Source: Thermoplasmatota archaeon
GTDB lineage: Archaea; Thermoplasmatota; Penumbrarchaeia; Penumbrarchaeales; Penumbrarchaeaceae
DNA: 57,019 nt
Direction of reading: 5' to 3'
Assembly (NCBI GenBank): GCA_965234725.1
Contig: CBDDUX010000047.1
Coordinates: 1 to 57,019 of the forward strand
The notes below the pieces were generated by a model, which had not been told where the DNA came from, made no database searches, and saw nothing but the letters and a program-made list of their open reading frames with translations. Shown piece by piece: positions 9,105 through 17,516 of this stretch. The position numbers and the translations under genes are program-made. Every line of letters begins with the position of its first letter. Position 1 is the first letter of the stretch.

Positions 9105-9478
9105 TTTTCATCCTCCTCTTCATCCTCTTCCTTGTGCTTTTTCAACTTATCCTTAAATTTATTCCATGAGACCTTCATATCCTCTGAAAGGGTAGTATAT
9201 GGTGAGATCGTGATCTCATCCCCTTCATTGACCTTGAGGTCTTTCATGTCTTGTTCCCTAAGGATCACTCTTCCCTTCTTTGCCAGGTTGTCGGAAACCA
9301 GGTTCACGACATTCTTCTTCTTGCCGCTTGAGATGGTCACCATCTTTGGGACCTCCTCACCGAAGCAGGAAAGATGAGAGGAATTGATCCTTGCAACTCC
9401 CGAATCAACGGAGTCTATCGAGCTGCTAATCACCTTCAAGGTGACCTGATGCTCTTCGCTATCACATTCATTTTCCAT
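9101..9478 (-). CDS. stand-alone CDC48/VAT/NSF N-terminal double-psi beta-barrel domain protein
   Basis: LKV....DSVDSGVARIN...VTISSGKK...GRVILREQDMKDLKVNEGDEITI follows the CDC48_N pattern; no AAA domain follows. Confidence 0.72.
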   Translation of the reverse strand: MENECDSEEHQVTLKVISSSIDSVDSGVARINSSHLSCFGEEVPKMVTISSGKKKNVVNLVSDNLAKKGRVILREQDMKDLKVNEGDEITISPYTTLSEDMKVSWNKFKDKLKKHKEEDEEEDEK

Positions 9479-9748
9479 TGATAATCACATCCTGTGAAGT
9501 ACTCATTTACTCCAACGTCTCGATATCTTAATTGGTGTAGATAAACTTTTACACAGATTATTTAACAATTAAAGCTTTAATTTCGATATATGAATTTTTA
9601 TTCAAAAATTTTATTATAAAACTAATTATAATTTCTCACCTTTTTTTGATGATTTTTTGTTCATCAATGCCGTGATATGATAACGATCGTAAGAGAAAGG
9701 ACATCTTTGTTCAATAAAGGGGTTATAAGTTCCTGACAATGGACCCGT

Positions 9749-10669
9749 ATGGAGAAGGATAGGGCCATTTCAGCAAGTGCCTTCCTATTGCTTCTATTAC
9801 TGATGTCGATCTTCTCTTCCATTCCTATTGCAGATACCGTGAATTCTATCTCACCTTGGCCTATCATTATCCGACTTGAAGAATCCAAGATCAATGTGTC
9901 ATTGGACGGGACAAACGACTCTATAGCGTCAGTAATAGGGAGTGTGAACTGCCATTTCCCTTCAAATTATGAGCAGTTAAATGTTACACTTTCCGTTAAT
10001 CCAAGCGGATTCGATTGGAGTCCATTTCCATCATTTATGATATTCACTGATAAGGTCTCAAATCACTATTTCACCATTTTAATAACCGTTCCTCACAACA
10101 CTTCATCCGGGATCCCATTACCTGTAAGCATCACTGGAAAATGGGAAGCAAAATCGAATAACATGTCAGGAGGTATGGAGGTGGCCTCCTGCATTCTTGT
10201 TCCCAGGCAGTATTACAAGCTGTCGGTGATTCAGTGTGAAAATACTACTGTCAGAGCAGGAAATGATGCTAAAATTCCGATCAGATTATTGAATGAGGGC
10301 AATGGTGCGGACAGGCCAAGGATCCAGATAGATAATCTGGATCACCTTATTAGCAGAGGTTGGGAGGTTCAGCTTTCCCAGGATAAATGCTCACTTCCAG
10401 CCAATAGAATGAAGGTTCTTTCCATTTTTTTCCACGTCCCCTCCAACGAGGTTCCGGGAACCTATGAGATCAAATTGATAATAATCTCTGCCATTGCGGA
10501 ATCGCTTGGCGAGATATCATGCATTGGACAGAGGACCATTGAGGTCAAGGTCCTGAACAATTATAAGGATGAACTTATAACAGCTGCTTGGATCTCGGCT
10601 CCTCTCCTCATTCTGGTGGCGGTCACGATCCTTGTAATATCATTATATGCAAAGAGAAATAGGAGTTGA
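9749..10669 (+). CDS. secreted Ig-like surface protein with C-terminal anchor (choice-of-anchor T-like)
   Basis: Signal peptide, ITVPHNT, ITGKW, NEGNGAD, C-terminal TM with KRNR; similar to 3789-4853. Confidence 0.75.
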   Translation: MEKDRAISASAFLLLLLLMSIFSSIPIADTVNSISPWPIIIRLEESKINVSLDGTNDSIASVIGSVNCHFPSNYEQLNVTLSVNPSGFDWSPFPSFMIFTDKVSNHYFTILITVPHNTSSGIPLPVSITGKWEAKSNNMSGGMEVASCILVPRQYYKLSVIQCENTTVRAGNDAKIPIRLLNEGNGADRPRIQIDNLDHLISRGWEVQLSQDKCSLPANRMKVLSIFFHVPSNEVPGTYEIKLIIISAIAESLGEISCIGQRTIEVKVLNNYKDELITAAWISAPLLILVAVTILVISLYAKRNRS

Positions 10670-10721
10670 TCTCAGTTATTCTGGGAAAACCTTTTCTCCT
10701 TATCGTCCAATATATTCCATC

Positions 10722-10991
10722 ATGGAGCTCCGTAAAGGGATCGCGGGAAAGGACCTCCTGTGGAAGGTCAAAGGCAGTCTTGATGACGAATCCTTCCTGG
10801 AATTCGAGACAATGGTCCTCAACTCCGGTTATTCGGGGGAGGACCTGACCCTGGACCTCTCCGATGTCCAGCTGATCTCGGATAGTGGAAGACGGTCCCT
10901 TGACAGGGTTGTCAGGACTGCAAAGGAGAGGGGGGCTCAAGTAAGGGTTCTGATCCCCGAGAAGACCTCATCGGGAAAGCTGTTCCATTGA
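10722..10991 (+). CDS. STAS domain protein
   Basis: VKGSLD...LTLDLSDVQLISDSG...L...AKERGAQV matches the STAS pattern. Confidence 0.75.
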   Translation: MELRKGIAGKDLLWKVKGSLDDESFLEFETMVLNSGYSGEDLTLDLSDVQLISDSGRRSLDRVVRTAKERGAQVRVLIPEKTSSGKLFH

Positions 10992-11004
10992 ATTGAATAT
11001 CCTT

Positions 11005-11994
11005 TCAGGACCTTTCCTCGCTCTTCATCAACGTCTCCACAAGGAGGTTCAGGTCATCCGAATGTTTCTTGAGCATCTCTTTAGCTTCCAGTTTTAGCCC
11101 CCTCATATTTGATACCCTAACATCATCCAGATCATCGTTCCCTGAATCAAGCCTGCTCTGGAACCTGAAATACCTCTTGGTCCTTCCCGGGGGCTTGAGG
11201 AGTTCATTCAGCTGATAATCAATCGTATCGCTAACTCCATCGAAGATGACATTAAGTATGGGTTGGGCCCACTGTGCAAGACCCCAGTCCTTTGCATCGT
11301 TGTGCTGTATCCTTCTTGTAAGTTCTCCGGTTCCCAGGGAGACCATCAGAATATCCTCGGATTCCGGGAACATGGTCCTTGCTTCCACATAAGCGCACAT
11401 TCCCGGATTGTTCGCATATACTCCACCGTCAATAAGTGAGTAATAATCCGAGGAATCCATGGCTGTCAACTTCTTTGGTGAGAAATACGTGGGAGCGGCA
11501 GAAGCGGCCCTGGCCACGTCCTTCATGGCGAAGTCGTAACTTTCGGATACCCTTGCTCTATCGCTTCTGAAGAACCAGGGAGTTCTACCCTCGATCTCAT
11601 AAGCGGGGATCATTACAGGAGTTATTGCATCCTTCAATCTGGTCTCTCCGAAGAACTCGTCCAGGACCTGTTCCACTCCTTTGTCCGGATATTTCTCATC
11701 CAGAAGGTTCCAACCTGATTCCACCCTCTTCCATAGGGGAATGTGGAATATCCTTTTCCCCTGGGTCTCATAGAAACCAATGAGGGATTTGGCATCATGG
11801 GCAGGACCACCGCTTTTCCCGGGAACTGTCAATGCCATTGCTATCAAACCTCCGGTGGAAGTGCCCACGATGAGATCGAAGAGATGGGAGATAGGCCTCT
11901 GGGCCTTTCCCTCTATCTCTTTGAGCACAAGTGATGGTATGATCCCTCTAATTCCCCCTCCATCGATGGATAGTACTCTGATCGGTTCTTTCAT
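11005..11994 (-). CDS. patatin-like phospholipase
   Basis: DGGGIRG, GTSTG nucleophile, SAAPTYF, DGGVYANNP, SLGTG. Confidence 0.95.
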   Translation of the reverse strand: MKEPIRVLSIDGGGIRGIIPSLVLKEIEGKAQRPISHLFDLIVGTSTGGLIAMALTVPGKSGGPAHDAKSLIGFYETQGKRIFHIPLWKRVESGWNLLDEKYPDKGVEQVLDEFFGETRLKDAITPVMIPAYEIEGRTPWFFRSDRARVSESYDFAMKDVARAASAAPTYFSPKKLTAMDSSDYYSLIDGGVYANNPGMCAYVEARTMFPESEDILMVSLGTGELTRRIQHNDAKDWGLAQWAQPILNVIFDGVSDTIDYQLNELLKPPGRTKRYFRFQSRLDSGNDDLDDVRVSNMRGLKLEAKEMLKKHSDDLNLLVETLMKSEERS

Positions 11995-12050
11995 TTTGGA
12001 TCCCCGACAATGTATGATATTGAAAACTATTTAAAAGTTGTATAGAGAGG

Positions 12051-13334
12051 TCAAAGACCGAGTTCACTTTCTATTTCCATCATGATCTCAGAACATCTTT
12101 CCTTCCAATTCGTCTGGTCAGGCAGTTCACCATCAAGATATTCAACATCTCCGGAAACAACTGTCCCTCTCACAAGGTTGCCAGTTGCAGAATAGACAAG
12201 GGCAGACATCAGATTGTCCCTTCTGAGAGGCATGATCTGGGGGTCGATATCAACTATTGTGAGGTCTGCAACCATGCCTTCACCCACCTTGCCTCCACAC
12301 AGACCAAGGATATTGTAACCGTTGATCGTGGCACAAAGGAGAGAATCCTCAGCTGTTGCGGCAACAGGGTCCCAGTACTGGCCTTTCTGTAAAACGGCCA
12401 TTGCCTTCATTTCTCTGAACATATCCAGTGAATTGTTGGACGCGGCCCCGTCGGTCCCGAGACCGACGGTCACCCCCTGTGCCTTCAGGTCCCTGTAAGG
12501 AAAGAAACCGCCTGTACCAAGTTTCTGGTTGGAGTTTGGGCAGTGAACGGCCTTCGCCCCGGTTTCCTTCATCCTGTTGAATTCCCAGGATGAGGTCCAT
12601 CCCAGATGAGCGAGTATCGTCCTCTCCCAGAGGCAACCGTTCACATCCAGCTCCTCCAGGGCCAGTCTTCCTCTCTCCTTTCTGTTGTCGAACACCTCCT
12701 TCCTTGTCTCGGAGCAGTGAACATGCAGCGGGATCTTTTCTTTTCTGGAAAGCTCCCCTGCCCTTCTCATCGCATCCTCATCATTGGTGTATATGGAATG
12801 AAGGTTAACCATCGGAATGATCCTTTCGTCTCTCCTATATTCCTCAATGAAGTCAACCGCCTGTTCCATTCTTTCATCCGTTGATCCGAAAACAGAGATC
12901 AAGGGAGGGCCGTTCGCCATTCTAATTCCAACCCTCTTTGCCGCGGGGGCTGATCGAAAAGCGCTGTACATATCAATACAGGCGGTCGTCCCTGTCCGTA
13001 TCATCTCCAGAAATCCCACTTCGGCTCCCAATTCCTCCAATTTCGGTGTGAGCCTTCCTTCAACCTCCCACATGCTTGACAACCATTCAGGCAGAGTTGC
13101 ATCATCGTTCAATCCTCTTAGAAGGACCATTGCAGCATGTGTGTGCGAATTCACAAGACCAGGCATAATTATGGACCCGGTACAATCGATGACCTCATCC
13201 CCTCTCTGTGGATCGATATCCCCAACTTGGGAGATCGCACCTTCCTCGATCCTTACACTTGCATCTTCAAGGATCCTGTTACCTTCCATTGTAAGGATGA
13301 ATCTGGCATTTTTTAGAATAATGGGCTCTTTCAT
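12051..13334 (-). CDS. amidohydrolase, 5-methylthioadenosine/S-adenosylhomocysteine deaminase (MtaD)-like
   Basis: PGLVNSHTH, HVHCSET, HCPNSN.KL, LGTDGAASNNSLDMF. Confidence 0.88.
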   Translation of the reverse strand: MKEPIILKNARFILTMEGNRILEDASVRIEEGAISQVGDIDPQRGDEVIDCTGSIIMPGLVNSHTHAAMVLLRGLNDDATLPEWLSSMWEVEGRLTPKLEELGAEVGFLEMIRTGTTACIDMYSAFRSAPAAKRVGIRMANGPPLISVFGSTDERMEQAVDFIEEYRRDERIIPMVNLHSIYTNDEDAMRRAGELSRKEKIPLHVHCSETRKEVFDNRKERGRLALEELDVNGCLWERTILAHLGWTSSWEFNRMKETGAKAVHCPNSNQKLGTGGFFPYRDLKAQGVTVGLGTDGAASNNSLDMFREMKAMAVLQKGQYWDPVAATAEDSLLCATINGYNILGLCGGKVGEGMVADLTIVDIDPQIMPLRRDNLMSALVYSATGNLVRGTVVSGDVEYLDGELPDQTNWKERCSEIMMEIESELGL

Positions 13335-14014
13335 AGGACCTTTGCCTCCTGAATAATGAACCTTGCATTATATTCTCCCTTCACCTCAACATTTCCAGTG
13401 ACCTCCAGCCTTTTAGGAAATAATGGGCCACCCAGTATCATTGTCTCAGCTTCTCCTCCCTCGAAAGCCGGATGGGACCCCCACGTTCTTGCGTTTTTCA
13501 TGAACTTCGAAACCATTGCATCATCCACAGGGGTTCCCAGGTCCTCAACCGAGAATCCGGGAGATGAATAGGATACCAGCATGTATGAGAATCCCTGTTC
13601 CTGTAATTCTCTCATATATTTCCAACCGTCCTTTCTCCAGATGGGGGTATATGAGATCATACCCGCATCCATGGCAGCATGGGAAAATTTCATCCTCTGG
13701 AAATCAGACAATAGTGCCCCAGAGCATATTGCCTCCAGATCGAACCTTTCCTTCAGGTCGATAAGGGCCTCAGTCAATACCTCTTGCTCCTTTTCTTTTT
13801 CAGAGGGGGACCTGACGACCTCAGTATGAATTCCTGTCAGGTCCTTGAAGAGATGTGAGGCCTCCAGACCTGGAGTATGGTAAAGCCATGAATCCGGGTC
13901 CTCTGACCTGATGGTCAAAAGTACCGGAACCTCGAATCCGGAAAGGAGCATCCTGTGGAGTGCATAGGCAGAATCCTTTCCCCCGCTGAAGAGGCAGCAG
14001 ACCCTCATGGCCAT
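13331..14014 (-). CDS. dph6: diphthine--ammonia ligase (PP-loop ATPase)
   Basis: SGGKDS PP-loop, SWLYH, GALLSDFQ, HPAFEGGEAET. Confidence 0.9.
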   Translation of the reverse strand: MAMRVCCLFSGGKDSAYALHRMLLSGFEVPVLLTIRSEDPDSWLYHTPGLEASHLFKDLTGIHTEVVRSPSEKEKEQEVLTEALIDLKERFDLEAICSGALLSDFQRMKFSHAAMDAGMISYTPIWRKDGWKYMRELQEQGFSYMLVSYSSPGFSVEDLGTPVDDAMVSKFMKNARTWGSHPAFEGGEAETMILGGPLFPKRLEVTGNVEVKGEYNARFIIQEAKVL

Positions 14015-14130
14015 GGTAAGGATCTATGATTATTTATCATATGGGAATTTCAAATTATTGTCGATCAGCTCTTTAAATAATCCCATTCATTAGAAGACTA
14101 CTTGAGTCAGTGTGGGTGGGGGTTGTACGT

Positions 14131-14162
14131 TCGAATGCGAATGTATTTTCATTCGCGTTCGA
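14131..14162 (+). other. hairpin immediately upstream of the intron (class C target structure)
   Basis: TCGAATGCGAATG / CATTCGCGTTCGA 13-bp stem with one G-U pair, ending 3 nt before the intron 5' end. Confidence 0.75.
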
Positions 14163-14165
14163 TTA

Positions 14166-16068
14166 GTGTGCCGGGCATGTCTGGCATCTTGGGGGTGCAA
14201 GTCCCCTATACAGCCTGGTGGAGGCGAAGTATTAGCGACTCGCAAGGGCATCATCGTGAGGTGCTGTCTGAAGGAAGCGATAGCAAAGTCGTGACCTGAC
14301 GAACAGGAACTGGATACAAGGCAGTTGCAGACGGACGAGCGTGCAAATCACCGCAAAGTCCACCATCCACCAAGTTCTGCCGCTGTAAATCCAGCAGGTT
14401 ACGAGGAAGGAGGTCAGACTTACCCCGGGAGGTCTGCAACGTGTCCATACAGGACTGAGGCAACCGCGAGATTGCCCTATTGCGTTGCAGAAGTCAGCAG
14501 AGGGCATAGTAGGTTTGGGGCTATTACCCTGATAAACCGAAGGCCCGAACGATATGAAGTGGTAAGTAGGATATGGTTCTCATGACAGGAGAGCAGCAGA
14601 AAACCGATTTTGATACGCCCTCCGTTGGTAACCGGACGAGTGAAACTCGGATGGAACCGGATAGGGCTGAACCTGTTTTGACGAGCAATGGTACCGAAAA
14701 CCCTGCGAAACGCGGTTTTGTGATAGAACATGACCATTTGATGGAGGAGATTATAGGGTATGAGAACAGACAGGACGCTTTGAAACGAGTAATCCGAAAC
14801 AAGGGGAGTCCAGGTGTGGATGGAATGACCCTGAAGGAACTTCCTTTTTATCTCCAGGAAAACTGGAAAGATATTGAGGAACAGCTTCTCCAGGGGACAT
14901 ACAAGCCATCTCCAGTCCGGCAAGTGGAGATACCCAAGCCAAGCGGAGGAATTCGCAAGTTAGGTATTCCCACTGTTCTGGATCGATATGTTCAGCAGAT
15001 GGTCCTTCAGGTCCTTCAACGGTATATCGATCCGACCTTTTCGGACAGTAGTTTTGGATTTCGTCCGAATCGATCCGCTCACCAGGCGATTGCCCGGGCG
15101 CAGGAACACATACAGGCAGGATATCGTTGGGTGGTGGACATTGACCTGGAGAAGTTTTTCGATCGGGTCAATCACGATGTATTAATGTCCCTTCTTGCCA
15201 AACGCATCAGGGACAAACGGGTTCTGAAGCTCATCCGAGCTTTTCTGAATTCCGGCGTGATGTCCGATGGACTGACAAGCTTTAAGACTGAAGGCACTCC
15301 CCAGGGCGGTCCACTTTCCCCTCTTCTGTCCAATGTAGTTCTTGACGTTCTTGACAAAGAACTTGAACGTCGTGGTCATCGCTTTGTTCGTTATGCAGAT
15401 GACTGTAATATCTATGTCAAGAGCGAACGGGCGGGTTCCCGAGTGATGGAAAATATTACTCGTTTTCTGGGCAAGAAGTTGAAACTGAAGATTAATGAAC
15501 AGAAAAGCGCAGTAGGCAAACCCGGTGCTCGTAAATTCCTCGGTTTCAGTTTCTTGCTTGGAGATAAAGTCAAGCGCCGAATAGCTCCACGATCCCTGAA
15601 GAAGTTCAGGTCCCGGGTCAGGGCAATAACCAAGCGTAATCGTGGTTGGAACCTTGAGTATGTTATCCAGGACCTGAATCGTTATTTGCGGGGTTGGCAT
15701 GGTTATTTTGGTTTCTGTGAAACTCCATCCATACTGGCAAAGCTGGATGGCTGGATAAGGCGACGTCTTCGCAGTCTTTCATGGAAACAGTGGAAGACCC
15801 CCCGAAATCGTCGAAAGGAACTGAGATCCCGTGGCATTTCAGGCAAGTCTCTGAAATCGGCCTCAAGTGGGAAAGGTCCCTGGCGGATGGGTGCGTCTCC
15901 AGCAGTTAACCATGCATTACCCAACGGTTACTTCAGGTCCCTCGGTCTCTATGAGCTTGGTTCTCCTCGGTCGAAGTAGTTTCGCACAATCATATCGAAC
16001 CGCCGTGTACGGTTCCGTATGCACGGTGGTGTGACAGGGACAGTCCGTGAGGACCTACCTATGTCGAT
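14166..16068 (+). mobile_element. group II intron, class C (IIC), apparently full length
   Basis: 5' GTGTGCCGGGCATG; GGGGGTGCAAGTCCCC and AAGTCAGCAGAGGGCATAGTA motifs; short DV with CGC triad (GAACCGCCGTGTACGG...CACGGTGGTG, ~15997-16032); DVI ending ...ATGTCGAT at 16068. Confidence 0.92.
14573..15979 (+). CDS. ltrA: group II intron reverse transcriptase/maturase, no endonuclease domain
   Basis: NKGSPGVDG, IPKPSGGIRKLGIPTV.DR, DLEKFFDRV, GTPQGGPLSPLL, RYADD, FLGF, maturase X domain LN.YLRGW.GYF. Confidence 0.97.
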   Translation: MVLMTGEQQKTDFDTPSVGNRTSETRMEPDRAEPVLTSNGTENPAKRGFVIEHDHLMEEIIGYENRQDALKRVIRNKGSPGVDGMTLKELPFYLQENWKDIEEQLLQGTYKPSPVRQVEIPKPSGGIRKLGIPTVLDRYVQQMVLQVLQRYIDPTFSDSSFGFRPNRSAHQAIARAQEHIQAGYRWVVDIDLEKFFDRVNHDVLMSLLAKRIRDKRVLKLIRAFLNSGVMSDGLTSFKTEGTPQGGPLSPLLSNVVLDVLDKELERRGHRFVRYADDCNIYVKSERAGSRVMENITRFLGKKLKLKINEQKSAVGKPGARKFLGFSFLLGDKVKRRIAPRSLKKFRSRVRAITKRNRGWNLEYVIQDLNRYLRGWHGYFGFCETPSILAKLDGWIRRRLRSLSWKQWKTPRNRRKELRSRGISGKSLKSASSGKGPWRMGASPAVNHALPNGYFRSLGLYELGSPRSK

Positions 16069-16083
16069 TTAACTCATACGGTC

Positions 16084-17202
16084 CTAGGACATCAGATGAT
16101 CGGGATTCAGTCCCTTCAGTTCATCCAGGACGAACATTCCATCCTTCCTCACAAGGACATCGTCGAAATAGATCTCCCCACCTCCCCATTCCTTCGTCTG
16201 GATAAGGACTATGTCCCAGTGGACCTTGGATGAGTTACCATTGGGAGCCAGATCGTACGAGTTCCCCGGAGTGAAATGTATGGACCCTGCTATCTTCTCA
16301 TCGAATAGAGTGTCAAGCATGGGTTTGGTAACGAAGGGATTGACCCCTACCGCGAATTCACCAACATACCTTGAACCATCATCGGTATCCAGTATCTTGT
16401 TCAGTTCCTCCGTATTGTTTGCTGTTGCCTTGATGATCTTTCCATCCTTGAATTCCAATCTAAGGTCGGAGAAGACCTTGCCCTCATACAGGGTTTCGGT
16501 ATTGTAATGTATGACACCATTCACAGAATCCTTCACTGGGGCTGTGAAGACTTCCCCATCGGGTATATTGAGTTCTCCGTCGCATTTGATGACTGGTATA
16601 TCCTTGATGGAAAATGTCAGATCGGTCCCGGGTGATACTATCCTAACCTTGTCCGTTCTCTTCATCAGATCCACAAGGGGATCCATTGCTAGAGACATCT
16701 TTGTATAGTCCATGGTACACGTATTGAAATAGAACTCCTCGAATGCTTCGGTTGACATCTTCGCCTGCTGGGCCATGGATGGTGTGGGCCAGCGGAGAAC
16801 GACCCACTTTGTGTTCGGGACCCTGTAATTGATGTGGACGGGTCCGAACCAGTGTTTCTTGTAAAGTTCCATCTTTTCCGAGGGAACATCGGAGTGTTCC
16901 GTGATGTTGAAGGAACCCCTGAGACCGATATAGGCATCGGACCTCTTGATTTTCTCCATCTCAAGAGCCCCTAAAGTTTCCATCGTGGGCTCATCGCATC
17001 CCTTGAAGACCTTTCTAAGGACCTTTGCGGATTTAATAGATACAATGGGGGTTGCTCCTTTTTCATATACCTTATCAACTAAAAGCTCCACCATCTCATT
17101 GGGTATGTCAAACGCTTCGATGTAGACCTTCTCACCTTTTTTCAGTCTGGTCGAATGGTCTATCAGTACATCTGCAAGCTTCTTCATCCTTGGATCATAC
17201 AT
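16084..17202 (-). CDS. aminopeptidase, peptidase M29 family
   Basis: NIPDGEVFTAP, GEFAVG, LFDEKIAGSIH...G, SKVHWD. Confidence 0.95.
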   Translation of the reverse strand: MYDPRMKKLADVLIDHSTRLKKGEKVYIEAFDIPNEMVELLVDKVYEKGATPIVSIKSAKVLRKVFKGCDEPTMETLGALEMEKIKRSDAYIGLRGSFNITEHSDVPSEKMELYKKHWFGPVHINYRVPNTKWVVLRWPTPSMAQQAKMSTEAFEEFYFNTCTMDYTKMSLAMDPLVDLMKRTDKVRIVSPGTDLTFSIKDIPVIKCDGELNIPDGEVFTAPVKDSVNGVIHYNTETLYEGKVFSDLRLEFKDGKIIKATANNTEELNKILDTDDGSRYVGEFAVGVNPFVTKPMLDTLFDEKIAGSIHFTPGNSYDLAPNGNSSKVHWDIVLIQTKEWGGGEIYFDDVLVRKDGMFVLDELKGLNPDHLMS

Positions 17203-17302
17203 TGGAATACCTCGATTGGCGCAATGTCAGAAAGGTATTAAAGATGAACGCAGACCACATGTGAGGACAATCATTAAGAACAGATATTCCTGGTTATATT
17301 AT

Positions 17303-17395
17303 GAAGGCGGTGAAGGAGGGAGTCTCCTCTGTTGATGTTGTTCCTGTTTTCAGATATCTCCCAGATAGAAGGCCGATCGACCCTTCACCGTCTTC
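17303..17395 (+). ncRNA. candidate small structured RNA
   Basis: 14-bp terminal stem GAAGGCGGTGAAGG/CCTTCACCGTCTTC (one G-U), inner GGGAG/CTCCC pairing, intergenic. Confidence 0.35.
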
Positions 17396-17461
17396 TCTAA
17401 GATGATTCTAAAATGGGATCCATATCTTCTAAAGTCAATTGTAAAGTTTTAAAAAAAAATA

Positions 17462-17489
17462 GAAAAAAAGAGGGGCCCGAAAGGGCCCC
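17462..17489 (-). terminator. thermosome terminator hairpin with U-tract
   Basis: On - strand GGGGCCC-TTTC-GGGCCCC followed by TCTTTTTTTC. Confidence 0.75.
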
Positions 17490-17516
17490 GTTGTTATTGA
17501 ATTATTATATCCGTGC

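Noticed and set aside
7633-9478. Calling the operon true SNARE/NSF, ESCRT-III or gas-vesicle homologues
   Set aside because: No diagnostic motifs visible; only an architectural analogy is claimed
11005-11994. Patatin as a CBASS CapV effector
   Set aside because: No CD-NTase or cap genes nearby; it lies in line with housekeeping genes
14573-15979. RT as retron, DGR or CRISPR-associated RT
   Set aside because: Maturase domain and intact intron RNA domains identify a standard group II intron; no TR/VR, msr-msd or cas1
14131-16083. Intron target as an attC site (IIC-attC subclass)
   Set aside because: Junction is ATTA|TTAAC rather than TTGT|T, and no matching attC core pair is evident
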